From positions 1,056,001-1,120,000 of the forward strand of contig NZ_CP157522.1 of the NCBI RefSeq assembly GCF_049075655.1: DNA of 64,000 bases, written 5' to 3'. The notes under the pieces were generated by a model. It was given only the letters and a program-made list of their open reading frames with translations. It was not told the origin of the DNA and did no database searches. Origin of the DNA: Methanothermococcus sp. Ax23 (GTDB lineage: Archaea; AGJL01; Methanococci; Methanococcales; Methanococcaceae). Position numbers and translations under genes: made by a program. Below are positions 54,695 to 64,000 of the stretch, piece after piece. Each line of letters begins with the position of its first letter. Position 1 is the stretch's first letter.

Positions 54695-54758
54695 AATGGA
54701 TTCAGGTCGGGTAAGTATCATCATAAATCAGATAACCCTCTTTTCATCATTATCCATT
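54695..54758 (-). ncRNA. Box C/D 2'-O-methylation guide sRNA targeting 23S rRNA
   Basis: AATGGAT-A-ATGATGA-AAAGAGGGTTAT-CTGA-TTT-ATGATGA-TACTTACCCGAC-CTGA-ATCCATT: C, D', C' and D boxes, two 12-nt guides, terminal stem. Confidence 0.93.
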
Positions 54759-54927
54759 TTTTATATTTTATATCACTTAGTATCTAATCATATATATACT
54801 TTAACAAAATAGCGGAGCTCATAGTTAAATTTAAATAAGATATTTATCTTAATATGTTTTTGATATATTCCAAGTTTTACATGACTTATAATTAATTTTT
54901 AAATAATAATATCTTATTGGAGATAAA

Positions 54928-55215
54928 ATGTCTAACCCAAAAGATAGTCTTAACGCTATTAGAAATAGAATTAACGAAATAGACGAGCAACTAATAGCAT
55001 TGATGGCTGAAAGAACTCAGTTTGCAGGTGAAATTGCTCGTCTAAAAATGGCATTAGATATGCCCATAAATGATGAAAAAAGAGAACGAGAAATTCAGGA
55101 AAAAACACGAAAATTATGTGAAAAATATAATTTTAACCCTGATTTAGCGTTAAAAATACTAAACCTACTTATAGATTACAATAAAGAAATACAGATGAAA
55201 GAATTAAAAAAATAA
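54928..55215 (+). CDS. aroQ: Chorismate mutase (AroQ type)
   Basis: RNRINEIDEQL...ER...K...D.KRE. Confidence 0.92.
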   Translation: MSNPKDSLNAIRNRINEIDEQLIALMAERTQFAGEIARLKMALDMPINDEKREREIQEKTRKLCEKYNFNPDLALKILNLLIDYNKEIQMKELKK

Positions 55216-55330
55216 TAAATTATTTAAATAATAATTATATTATACTAATAGACATTATAATAATCACGATATTAAAAACATAAAACAATATAAAAAATTA
55301 AAGAATTAAAATAAAATAAAAGGTGATACT

Positions 55331-55522
55331 TTGGGAAGAATTAGACAAACATTCATAAAAAGAGCAGGAGAAGAGCTCTTGGAAAAATTCGAAGACAAAT
55401 TCACAACAGATTTTGAAACAAACAAAAAAGCTGTTGAAGAAGTTGCATTAATCTCTACAAAAAGACTCAGAAACAGGATAGCAGGATATATTACATCAAG
55501 AGTTAAAAAAATGAGTGCATAA
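55331..55522 (+). CDS. rps17e: 30S ribosomal protein S17e
   Basis: MGRIR...DFETNK...RNRIAGYIT. Confidence 0.97.
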   Translation: MGRIRQTFIKRAGEELLEKFEDKFTTDFETNKKAVEEVALISTKRLRNRIAGYITSRVKKMSA

Positions 55523-55538
55523 TTGGAGATGATTTTTT

Positions 55539-56411
55539 ATGCAAGGAGTATTTCCTGCAATTATAACTCCATTTAAAGATGGTGGAGTATATTATGAAGG
55601 GTTGGAAGAAAATATAAATTTTTTAATTGATAATGGTATCAGCGGTATTGTCTCAGTAGGGACAACCGGAGAATCTCCAACCTTAACATATGAAGAACAT
55701 CAAAAAGTAATAGAAAAGACTGTTGATACAGTTGATGGAAGGGTAAAGGTAATAGCAGGCACAGGCTCAAACTCCACAAAAGAAGCTGTCGAGCTCTCCC
55801 AATTTGCCGAAGATGTGAGTGCCGATGCCGTGCTTTTAATAACTCCATACTACAACAAACCCACCCAAGAAGGTTTAAAGAAACACTTTGGTAAAGTGAC
55901 TGAATCCATCAATATTCCAATAGTATTATACAATGTCCCGTCAAGAACAGCGGTTAATCTTGAACCAGGGACAATAAAATATTTATATGAAGAATACAGC
56001 AATATCACAACGATAAAAGAGGCTAATCCTAATTTATCACATGTCTCAGAAATTGTAAATTCCTGTGATATAAATATTCTTTCTGGAAACGATGAATTGA
56101 CTCTCCCAATAATATCTCTTGGGGGAAAAGGTGTAATTAGCGTTTTAGCAAACATCGTTCCAAAGGAATTTGTTGAAATGGTGGATTACGCATTAGAAGG
56201 TAAATTTGATAAGGCGAGAGAAATCCACTATAAACTATTTAATCTTATGAAATTAATGTTCGTCGAAACAAACCCAATACCTATAAAAACTGCCATGAAT
56301 ATGTTAAAGATGCCTGCTGGTGAGTTAAGACTTCCATTATGCGACATGTCCGAAGAAAATAAATTAAAATTAGAAAATGCACTAAATGATGTTGGATTAT
56401 TGAAAAAATAA
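55539..56411 (+). CDS. dapA: 4-hydroxy-tetrahydrodipicolinate synthase
   Basis: GTTGE, PYYNKP, LYNVPSRT, IKEA. Confidence 0.97.
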   Translation: MQGVFPAIITPFKDGGVYYEGLEENINFLIDNGISGIVSVGTTGESPTLTYEEHQKVIEKTVDTVDGRVKVIAGTGSNSTKEAVELSQFAEDVSADAVLLITPYYNKPTQEGLKKHFGKVTESINIPIVLYNVPSRTAVNLEPGTIKYLYEEYSNITTIKEANPNLSHVSEIVNSCDINILSGNDELTLPIISLGGKGVISVLANIVPKEFVEMVDYALEGKFDKAREIHYKLFNLMKLMFVETNPIPIKTAMNMLKMPAGELRLPLCDMSEENKLKLENALNDVGLLKK

Positions 56412-56477
56412 TATACTAATAAAAATAAACTATAAAAAATAGCATAATCTATATATATAATAATCTTTGTGATATTT

Positions 56478-56717
56478 ATGGTCGATATAGAAAAAATTCA
56501 AAAGCAGGCAGAAGAAATTGTTGAAAAGTTTTCAACAGTCCTTGAAAGTTTTGAATTGGGAAATGAAGAAGAATACTATATCCTTGAAACCAAAAATGTT
56601 TTAAGGGATGATGACGAACCCGTTTCAAATACTTCATTTAAAAAAGATGCACTTAGCATAGCTCCAAAAACAAAAGATGACTATATCGTCGTTGAAAAAA
56701 GTAAGTGGAGCAATTAA
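56478..56717 (+). CDS. gatC: Asp/Glu-tRNA amidotransferase subunit C
   Basis: NVLRDD...AP.TKDDYIVV. Confidence 0.78.
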   Translation: MVDIEKIQKQAEEIVEKFSTVLESFELGNEEEYYILETKNVLRDDDEPVSNTSFKKDALSIAPKTKDDYIVVEKSKWSN

Positions 56718-56753
56718 TAATATATATATAAAAACAAAAAGGAGCGTGGTACT

Positions 56754-56855
56754 ATAAAAAGAAGTTCAAGAAGATGGAAAAAGAAAGGTCAGATGAGATG
56801 GAAGCACTACAAAAAGAGAATTAGAAGAATGAAAAGAGAAAAGAGAAATAAATAA
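56754..56855 (+). CDS. rpl41e: Ribosomal protein eL41 (eS32), probable AUA start; not in the ORF track
   Basis: (I/M)KRSSRRWKKKGQMRWKHYKKRIRRMKREKRNK after the SD-like GGAGCGTGGT. Confidence 0.85.
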   Translation: MKRSSRRWKKKGQMRWKHYKKRIRRMKREKRNK

Positions 56856-56905
56856 TCATAATCATTAAATTAATAAATTCAATAAATCATTTTATTTTTT
56901 AGATT

Positions 56906-57898
56906 TTATATAAAATCATCAAACAATATTTCATCAAATTCATATTCAAAGTCTTTTTTAACATACATTTCAAATTCCTTGGGAGTTATTAGCGGTTTTT
57001 TATAATTTAAATAATCATCTAAAACTATTCTTGGACAGGCACATATTATATAGGCATCAACATTGTATATTAAATAATTTGGCGAGATATTGTTTAGGAC
57101 AATTGGAATATATTCGATATTGTTTTCTTTTAAAAGACTCAACATATTGTTAAAAATATTTATTCGACATTGACCTTTTTTCGTTGAAAGCACAACACCA
57201 ATCTTTTTTGGAGGATTTAAAAGCAACTTTGAAATAGCCCCTATTCTTTTTTTGATAAATTTCTTTATCTCATCATCGGTAATTTTGGAGAGCTCCCCAG
57301 TTACAGGGTTGTATATATTCACAGGTTTTTTAAATTTATATGCCAGCATTAAAGGGTGGAATCTCCCTGTTCCAACAAACAATATATTGCCCATATTTTT
57401 TGCGGTTTCTTCGCCAACGTTTGCCCTACAACCAAGTATTACCGCAGGATTGTATTCCTTTAACATTTTTTTAAACTGTATAGTCGTGGCAATAAGGATA
57501 TTGTCTCCATATTCATTTAAAATTTTTTTAATATCCTTCATAATAAGTTCTAAATTTTCACCATCGGGTTTATAGTATGCATGAATAAAAACTGTTGGTA
57601 TTTCTGGTTTAGCATAGGGGAGCTCCTCGTGACCATAGTGTATTATCAAATCAACATCGAGAGATTTTACATCAATATCGCATAAATCACATGCTCCAAA
57701 GCAGCTTTCACCCCATAGGATGAGCTCTAAATCTGCATCTGCATTTTTATATTCATCATCTTCTTCAAGATATTTTTTTATTTTATCTATCTCTTGTTCA
57801 ACGGATAATTTTAAACCCTCTGGTGCTTGAAATAAAATTCTTTTTGCATTATTTCGTTTTATTTCACTTATTACTCTTTCTGTTTCTAAGTCCCACAT
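56906..57898 (-). CDS. dph2: Diphthamide biosynthesis protein Dph2
   Basis: QAPEGLK, CFGACD, HYGH, ILGC, GRFHP, ACPR. Confidence 0.95.
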   Translation of the reverse strand: MWDLETERVISEIKRNNAKRILFQAPEGLKLSVEQEIDKIKKYLEEDDEYKNADADLELILWGESCFGACDLCDIDVKSLDVDLIIHYGHEELPYAKPEIPTVFIHAYYKPDGENLELIMKDIKKILNEYGDNILIATTIQFKKMLKEYNPAVILGCRANVGEETAKNMGNILFVGTGRFHPLMLAYKFKKPVNIYNPVTGELSKITDDEIKKFIKKRIGAISKLLLNPPKKIGVVLSTKKGQCRINIFNNMLSLLKENNIEYIPIVLNNISPNYLIYNVDAYIICACPRIVLDDYLNYKKPLITPKEFEMYVKKDFEYEFDEILFDDFI

Positions 57899-57902
57899 TG
57901 TA

Positions 57903-58364
57903 TCACTTGTTTTTAATCTTCTCTACAACTTTTATTCCATATATTTCGGTGCTAGGATACTGACCATTTTCATCTTTTTCAATGGCTTTTACCATATCCC
58001 AGATGGTCAGAAGTGCAACAGAAACCCCAGTAAGTGCTTCCATCTCTATGCCAGTTTTATATGTGGTTTTTACCTTTACTTCAACTTCGATATTGTCATC
58101 GTGTATGGTAAAATCCACATTTATGGAGGTGATAGGCAATGGATGGCACATTGGGATTATATTTGAAGTATTTTTCACTGCCATTATTCCTGCAACCTGA
58201 GCTGTTGTTAATACATCCCCTTTTATTAGTTCCTTTTTAGTTATTGCCTCTATCGTAGATGGTTTTAACCTTATAAATCCCTTTGCAATACATATTCTTT
58301 CAACATCTTCTTTATCTGACACATCAACCATTTTTACGCCTTTTTCATCAACATGAGTTAGCAT
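57903..58364 (-). CDS. moaC: Cyclic pyranopterin monophosphate synthase
   Basis: [32 protein letters not shown]. Confidence 0.97.
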   Translation of the reverse strand: MLTHVDEKGVKMVDVSDKEDVERICIAKGFIRLKPSTIEAITKKELIKGDVLTTAQVAGIMAVKNTSNIIPMCHPLPITSINVDFTIHDDNIEVEVKVKTTYKTGIEMEALTGVSVALLTIWDMVKAIEKDENGQYPSTEIYGIKVVEKIKNK

Positions 58365-58456
58365 AATTTTCCTCCACATTTGCAATATTTATATATTCTT
58401 TATATACTTAGCAGTATATTATTAATGGTATATAAATTATAAAATCGCGTGAAATA

Positions 58457-58891
58457 ATGAAGCTTGAAGGAACTACAAAAAAGATAATGGAATTATTAAC
58501 TGAATATTCCACTACAAAAGATATTGCAGAACATTTAAATCTACATCCAAAAAATATAGATAGATACATCAGGGTTTTAAGAGATTTGGGGCTTGTGATG
58601 ACAAAAAAAGGAAAAAACGGCGGGGTGTTTTTAACAGAGGAGGGAAAGTATTTAATTGAAAAGAAATATATAAGTTTAATAACCATAAAGGTTCAGATAG
58701 TGACAGAGGATAGAATAGGACTTTTAGCAGATATTTCGTCGGAGATATCAAAAATAGGAGGGAATATCTTATCTACAACCCTTGAAAGGGAGCATGATGA
58801 TGTAATTATTTGGCTTGTAATAGAAAATATTGAATTTGAAAAGCTAAAAGAAGTTTTAAAGGACGATGTAAAAAAACTGGTGATATTATGA
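58457..58891 (+). CDS. Winged-HTH plus ACT-domain transcriptional regulator
   Basis: N-terminal HTH with GKNGG wing; DRIGLLADIS ACT motif. Confidence 0.85.
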   Translation: MKLEGTTKKIMELLTEYSTTKDIAEHLNLHPKNIDRYIRVLRDLGLVMTKKGKNGGVFLTEEGKYLIEKKYISLITIKVQIVTEDRIGLLADISSEISKIGGNILSTTLEREHDDVIIWLVIENIEFEKLKEVLKDDVKKLVIL

Positions 58892-59445
58892 TAGAGGTTG
58901 AATTAAAGGCAAAACTTGAAAAAGAAGATATACCAAATTTTATTCGTAAATTAGAGGATTTAGGTTTTGAAAGACTTGTTAAAAAGGAAGAAGTGGATAT
59001 ATACTTCAACGGTATAGATAGGGATTTTAGGGAAACTGATGAAGCACTTAGAATCAGAAAGTCTTTGAATATTGACGAAAAGTATGTAAAATGCTATATG
59101 ACATACAAAGGTCCAAAAATGGACAATATTTCAAAAACTAGGGAAGAATTTGAGGTTCAAGTGAGTGATGGAGAATCTACAAAAATAATCTTGGAAAAAC
59201 TTGGTTTTAAGCCAGTAGAACCTATTGTAAAAATAAGGGAAATATACAAAAAGGATGACATCAGGGTATCTATCGATGAAGTAGAAAATGTTGGAACCTA
59301 TGTTGAATTTGAAAAGATGGTGAAATTAGAATCTGAAAAAGAGGATGCCATAAAAGAACTTATTAATTTAATGAAAAGTTTAAATATTAGTAATGACAGA
59401 TTAGTAAAAACATCATATTTGGAGCTGAGGGATAAAAATGAGTAA
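58888..59445 (+). CDS. cyaB: CYTH-domain protein (class IV adenylate cyclase-like)
   Basis: EVELK, D.YF, LRIR, TYKGP, REE.E, SYLEL. Confidence 0.9.
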   Translation: MIEVELKAKLEKEDIPNFIRKLEDLGFERLVKKEEVDIYFNGIDRDFRETDEALRIRKSLNIDEKYVKCYMTYKGPKMDNISKTREEFEVQVSDGESTKIILEKLGFKPVEPIVKIREIYKKDDIRVSIDEVENVGTYVEFEKMVKLESEKEDAIKELINLMKSLNISNDRLVKTSYLELRDKNE

Positions 59446-59554
59446 GAAAGATTCCAAATCTAACAAAAAAATAGACGGTAGAAAATTGATGGCAATATTC
59501 ATTGGAATAGCCATGATTTGCTCAGTGATTCCGTTATTTTTAATGAATTTATAA
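59438..59554 (+). CDS. 38-aa single-pass membrane microprotein (not in the ORF track)
   Basis: MSKKDSKSNKKIDGRKLMAIFIGIAMICSVIPLFLMNL; GAGG RBS; overlaps the cyaB stop. Confidence 0.55.
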   Translation: MSKKDSKSNKKIDGRKLMAIFIGIAMICSVIPLFLMNL

Positions 59555-59751
59555 TTATAATAAAATATTAAAAATATTTATTATTTATTAATATAATCTC
59601 TCTTTTACGATTGATATTCTGGCTAGACATTCCCCTATTTTTAAATAATATAAAAATAATTAATGTATGTTATTTATTTACAATCTTATTAATCATTAAT
59701 TTGATTCAATTATTTATTTAATTTTATTTTAATGTAGGATGGTGATACTCT

Positions 59752-61548
59752 ATGGCTTTAAGATGTCCAATAGTAAGTGTTCTAGGTCATGTTGATCATG
59801 GGAAAACAAGCTTGCTTGATAAGATAAGAAAAACAAGAATTACAAAAAGAGAAGCTGGCGGAATTACTCAGCATATCGGTGCCAGTGAAATACCAACGGA
59901 TACAATAAAAAGAATATCGAAAGATTTACTTGGAATGTTAAAGGCTGATTTAACAATTCCTGGAATTTTGGTAATTGATACGCCAGGGCATGAGGCATTC
60001 ACTTCTTTGAGAAAAAGAGGAGGAGCTCTGGCAGATATTGCCATACTTGTAGTTGATATAAATGAAGGATTTAAACCCCAAACAATTGAGGCAGTTAATA
60101 TATTAAAACAGAATAAAACACCGTTTATAGTTGCAGCGAATAAATTAGATTTAGTTCCAGGATGGAATTCCGTTGATGGACCTTTTGTTTTAAATTCTAA
60201 TGAAACAAAACAGCACCCTAATGCATTAACGGAATTTGAAATTAGATTATATGAAAATATAATAAAACCACTAAATGAGCTCGGTTTTGAGGCAGACCTT
60301 TTTACAAGGGTAAAGGATATTACAAAAACTGTAAGCATCATACCAGTATCTGCTTTTACTGGGGAAGGTATTCCTGATTTACTTGTTATGCTTGCAGGTT
60401 TAGCACAGAAGTTTTTGGAGCAGAACTTAAATTTAAATGTTGAAGGTCCTGCAAAGGGAACAGTCCTTGAAATTAAAGAAGAGAGGGGTCTTGGAAAAAC
60501 AATTGATGCCATAATATATGATGGTGTTGCTAAGCAGGGGTATTATCTTGTAGTGGGTAATCCAACAGGGGTTGTAGTTTCAAGGATTAAGGCACTTTTA
60601 AAACCAAAACCTTTGGATGAGATGAGAGACCCAAGAGATAAGTTTAAACCTGTGAAAGAGGTAGCTGCGGCGTCAGGGCTTAAAATATCTGCACCAGATT
60701 TAGATAGTGTTATAGCAGGTAGTCCATTGAGAATTGTTCCAAAAAATAAAGTAGAGGAAGCTAAAAAAGAAATTATGGAAGAAATAGAAGAAACGGCAAT
60801 ACCAACTGATGATGAAGGAATTATTATTAAAGCCGATACAATGGGCTCATTGGAAGCTCTTGCAAATGAATTAAGAAAGAAAAATGTCAATATTAAAAAA
60901 GCAGAAGTAGGGGATGTTTCCAAGAAGGATATCATAGAAGCATCATCCTATGCTCAATCTAACCCATTAAATGGCGTTGTAATAGCTTTTAATACAAAGA
61001 TACTTCCAGATGCTAAAACAGAAATGGAAAAATCAGAAATAAAGGTATTTGAAGGAAATATTATATATAAATTAGTTGAAGATTATGAAGAATGGTTCAA
61101 AGAAATGGAGGAGCTCCTAAAATCAGATGACTTTAACAAACTTACAAAACCTGCAATTTTAAAGATACTTCCAAACTGTATATTTAGAAAAAGCAAACCT
61201 GCAATATGTGGAGTGGAGGTTTTGTATGGGACATTAAGGATAGGAAGTCAGCTAATGGGAGAAGACGGAAAAAGATTGGGATATGTTAAAGAAATAAAAA
61301 ATAGTCAGCAGGAAAACATAAGAGAGGCAAAAGTCGGCATGCAGGTTCCTATTTCAATTGAAGGAAATATTATGCTTGGAAAGCATGCAAAGGAAAATGA
61401 TATACTTTATGTAGATATTCCCGAAAATGAAGTTAGAAAACTGCATCACGAATATATGAATGAATTAAGAGGGGATGAAAAAGAGGCTTTGGAAAGATAT
61501 GTGGAATTAAAAAGAAAATTGGAAAATAATATGTTTTGGGGCATATAA
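59752..61548 (+). CDS. infB: Translation initiation factor aIF5B/IF-2
   Basis: GHVDHGKT, GGITQHIGA, DTPGH, NKLD. Confidence 0.98.
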   Translation: MALRCPIVSVLGHVDHGKTSLLDKIRKTRITKREAGGITQHIGASEIPTDTIKRISKDLLGMLKADLTIPGILVIDTPGHEAFTSLRKRGGALADIAILVVDINEGFKPQTIEAVNILKQNKTPFIVAANKLDLVPGWNSVDGPFVLNSNETKQHPNALTEFEIRLYENIIKPLNELGFEADLFTRVKDITKTVSIIPVSAFTGEGIPDLLVMLAGLAQKFLEQNLNLNVEGPAKGTVLEIKEERGLGKTIDAIIYDGVAKQGYYLVVGNPTGVVVSRIKALLKPKPLDEMRDPRDKFKPVKEVAAASGLKISAPDLDSVIAGSPLRIVPKNKVEEAKKEIMEEIEETAIPTDDEGIIIKADTMGSLEALANELRKKNVNIKKAEVGDVSKKDIIEASSYAQSNPLNGVVIAFNTKILPDAKTEMEKSEIKVFEGNIIYKLVEDYEEWFKEMEELLKSDDFNKLTKPAILKILPNCIFRKSKPAICGVEVLYGTLRIGSQLMGEDGKRLGYVKEIKNSQQENIREAKVGMQVPISIEGNIMLGKHAKENDILYVDIPENEVRKLHHEYMNELRGDEKEALERYVELKRKLENNMFWGI

Positions 61549-61756
61549 TTGATTTATTATATTCATATAAATTTTATATATTTTTAAGTTCCCTATTTTC
61601 ACTTTAAATGTATATAAATTAAAATAAATTAAAATCGTAAGTAATATATATGATATAATTACAAGATACATAAATCAGCTAGGATAAATTAATTAAATTC
61701 AAAATACATATTATAATATTTAATCCTTTAAATCTCTCTATTCTTGGAGGCATATC

Positions 61757-63244
61757 ATGATATTAATTATAGGTTATGGCTCTTTTGGTCGTAAGGTTGT
61801 AAATTATGCCAAAACCATGGATAAAGTCGTTGTAATTGATAAAAATGCTTCGGTATTTGAATCTCTTGAAAAAGTTGATTTTAACTATGTTGTAGGGGAT
61901 GCGTCTGAGAAAGAAACGCTCAATAGAGCCGATATTAAAGATGCGGACACTATATTGGTACTAACTAATAAATATGAAATAAACAAAAAAATAGCAGAAT
62001 TGGTGTCTGAACTAAATCCAAAAGGATATTTAATAGTTAGAGGGATTGTAAAATATCCTGATTTATATTCTGGTATTAATGTAAATAAAATAATTTATCC
62101 AATAGAATGTGCGGCTAAGGAAGTCATACATGAAATAGAAAAATCTAAATTAAGAAGAAAATTAATGGATTTGGAAGAAATAGTTATGAGTGTTAAAATA
62201 AGACACAATAATGTTTCTGAAAATTCCAAACTAACTGAAAATCATGAAAATAACAATAATGGAGATAATAAAGTTCCTTTTTTAATAGTTATGCACAATA
62301 ATCCAGACCCTGATTCAATAGCAAGTGCAATGGCTTTAAAAAGAATAATGGGAAAATGGGGGGTAGATTCTGATATAACCTATGGTGGAAAAATAGGATT
62401 TGATGAAAATAAGGCAATGATTAATTTATTGGGCGTAAAATTAATCCATATAGATGAGATAGATTTAGATGATTATGTGGGCATTGCATTAGTGGATGCC
62501 TCATCTTCAAAGGTATTACCAATAGATGCTAAAAATCATAAAATTGATATTATTATCGACCATCATGACAATGGAGATTTAATTGCTGATTATATGGATA
62601 TTAGGTCAGATGTTGGAGCTGCGGCAACTATTTTAACAGATTATTTAATGCATTTAAACATGACACCAAAACAGGATTTGGCTACTGCCCTTTATTATGC
62701 TATATGCACGGATACAAACTATTTTAAAAGAAAGACATCTAAAAAGGACTTTGAAGCTGCGGGGTATTTGCAGGATTTGATGGACCCAAAGACACTAGAA
62801 ATGATAGAAAATCCTGAAATGGATACTGAAACCATGGAAATATTGGCGAGGGCAATTATTAACAGAAAGATAATCAGAAGCAGTATAGCTCTTTCATATG
62901 TTGGAATGATAAAAAACAGAGATGCCCTACCAAAAGCTGCGGATTTTTTACTTAAAATGGAGGGTATTACAACAACATACGCTTTTGGAATCTCTGAAAA
63001 CAAAATACACATAAGTGCAAGAACAAAAGATTTAAGGATTGATGTTGGAGACATAATGAAAAGAGCATTTGGAGGAGGAGGACACCAAAAATCTGCTGCG
63101 GCAAGCATAGACCTCGGAATTTTTGAATCGGTTTCAGACAAAGATTCCCTTAGAAAATTGGTTGAAGAGGCAATTCAAACTAAAATACTTGAAGTCATGG
63201 GTATTGAAGAAGGAGGGGAAAAATCCAAAATTAGTGAGCAGTAA
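61757..63244 (+). CDS. TrkA-N (RCK) plus DHH/DHHA1 phosphoesterase
   Basis: IGYGSFG Rossmann motif; HNNPDPD, IDHH, GGGH. Confidence 0.9.
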   Translation: MILIIGYGSFGRKVVNYAKTMDKVVVIDKNASVFESLEKVDFNYVVGDASEKETLNRADIKDADTILVLTNKYEINKKIAELVSELNPKGYLIVRGIVKYPDLYSGINVNKIIYPIECAAKEVIHEIEKSKLRRKLMDLEEIVMSVKIRHNNVSENSKLTENHENNNNGDNKVPFLIVMHNNPDPDSIASAMALKRIMGKWGVDSDITYGGKIGFDENKAMINLLGVKLIHIDEIDLDDYVGIALVDASSSKVLPIDAKNHKIDIIIDHHDNGDLIADYMDIRSDVGAAATILTDYLMHLNMTPKQDLATALYYAICTDTNYFKRKTSKKDFEAAGYLQDLMDPKTLEMIENPEMDTETMEILARAIINRKIIRSSIALSYVGMIKNRDALPKAADFLLKMEGITTTYAFGISENKIHISARTKDLRIDVGDIMKRAFGGGGHQKSAAASIDLGIFESVSDKDSLRKLVEEAIQTKILEVMGIEEGGEKSKISEQ

Positions 63245-63297
63245 AAAATATAAGAAATAAAAAATAAATAAAAATAATAAAAAATAAAAATATACTA

Positions 63298-63588
63298 ATG
63301 TATGATATTATGCTCAAAGAACTGATAAACAAGATAATTTGGCATCCAGATTACGACTCAAAAGACTATGAAATAGTTTATTTGCATAGGGTTAGCGATA
63401 GTGAAAGGGAAGATTATAAGGGGCAGTCAATTCTTAATAAGATTATCACAATGGATAAAATATCGATAGAAGATTCATTTATAGTTTATAATGTGAATAA
63501 CCAAATAAGACACATTCCATTTCATAGAATTTTAGAAATTAGAAACAAAAAAACTGGGGAGATTTTGTATAAAAAAGTAAAAAGATAA
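63298..63588 (+). CDS. DUF504/MJ1316-like RNA cyclic-end recognition protein
   Basis: KIIWHP, YLHR, IPFHRI. Confidence 0.78.
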   Translation: MYDIMLKELINKIIWHPDYDSKDYEIVYLHRVSDSEREDYKGQSILNKIITMDKISIEDSFIVYNVNNQIRHIPFHRILEIRNKKTGEILYKKVKR

Positions 63589-63626
63589 TTGTTATCTAAA
63601 ATATATAAACAAAGAAGGTTATTCAT

Positions 63627-64000
63627 ATGGTGAAAGTAGAGGAATATATGACAAAAAATGTGGATTATGTCGGTCCAGAGGATAGGGTAAAGGATGTGGT
63701 GAAACTTATTAAAGAAACCACTCATGATACATTTCCTGTGGTATTAAATGGTAAGTTAGTCGGTATCGTTTCAGTCCATGATTTAATCGATAGGGATGAG
63801 AATGAAAAAATAAAAAATCTCATGATTAAAAGAGAAGATATGATTGTTACTCGACCCGATGCAAATGTTAGGGATGTTGGAAGAATTATGTTTAGAACAG
63901 GATTTTCAAAACTTCCTGTTGTGGATGAAGATAATAATTTAGTGGGCATAATAACAAATACTGATGTAATAAGGTCCCAAATAGAAAAAACCACCCCTAC
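63627..64000 (+). CDS. CBS-domain protein (truncated by the window end)
   Basis: MVKVEEYMTKNV...FPVV...LVGIVS..DL; second CBS LPVVD...LVGIIT..D. Confidence 0.88.
   Translation, partial: MVKVEEYMTKNVDYVGPEDRVKDVVKLIKETTHDTFPVVLNGKLVGIVSVHDLIDRDENEKIKNLMIKREDMIVTRPDANVRDVGRIMFRTGFSKLPVVDEDNNLVGIITNTDVIRSQIEKTTP

Noticed and set aside
59752-61548. Possible intein in infB
   Set aside because: 598 aa with contiguous G-domain motifs; no insertion.
457-63994. Numerous antisense or overlapping ORFs in the track (e.g. 59868-60512, 62719-63141, 17549-18034, 63722-63994)
   Set aside because: Shadows of well-supported genes on the other strand or frame; no motifs or RBS.

Overview
AT-rich archaeal chromosome segment from a methanogen of the order Methanococcales (Methanothermococcus/Methanococcus-like; inferred from the gene set, GGTGA ribosome-binding sites and an in-frame UGA selenoprotein). 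The backbone is housekeeping: eno, alaS, pantoate kinase, metG, AMP phosphorylase, hjc, ribosomal proteins, priS, nadC, pyrD, cofG, dapA, dph2, moaC and infB. It also holds a ~10 kb oxidative-stress/Fe-S cluster, an fmdE-C(D)-B operon whose B subunit has a Sec codon, and a box C/D guide sRNA. Mobile DNA comprises three DDE IS elements, each with its transposase split at an A7-A8 run, an IS1341-type tnpB element and a 303-bp tnpB-derived MITE. The most unusual signal is a dispersed family of 37-48 nt double-hairpin micro-insertions that conserve structure but not stem sequence (7 compensatory pairs between two copies). They lie in-frame in pantoate kinase and cofG, out-of-frame in tnpB, inside both IS605-type left ends, and as the 'spacers' of a 39-bp repeat mini-array before rubredoxin. 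All analysis was done by eye; no database searches or folding programs were run.
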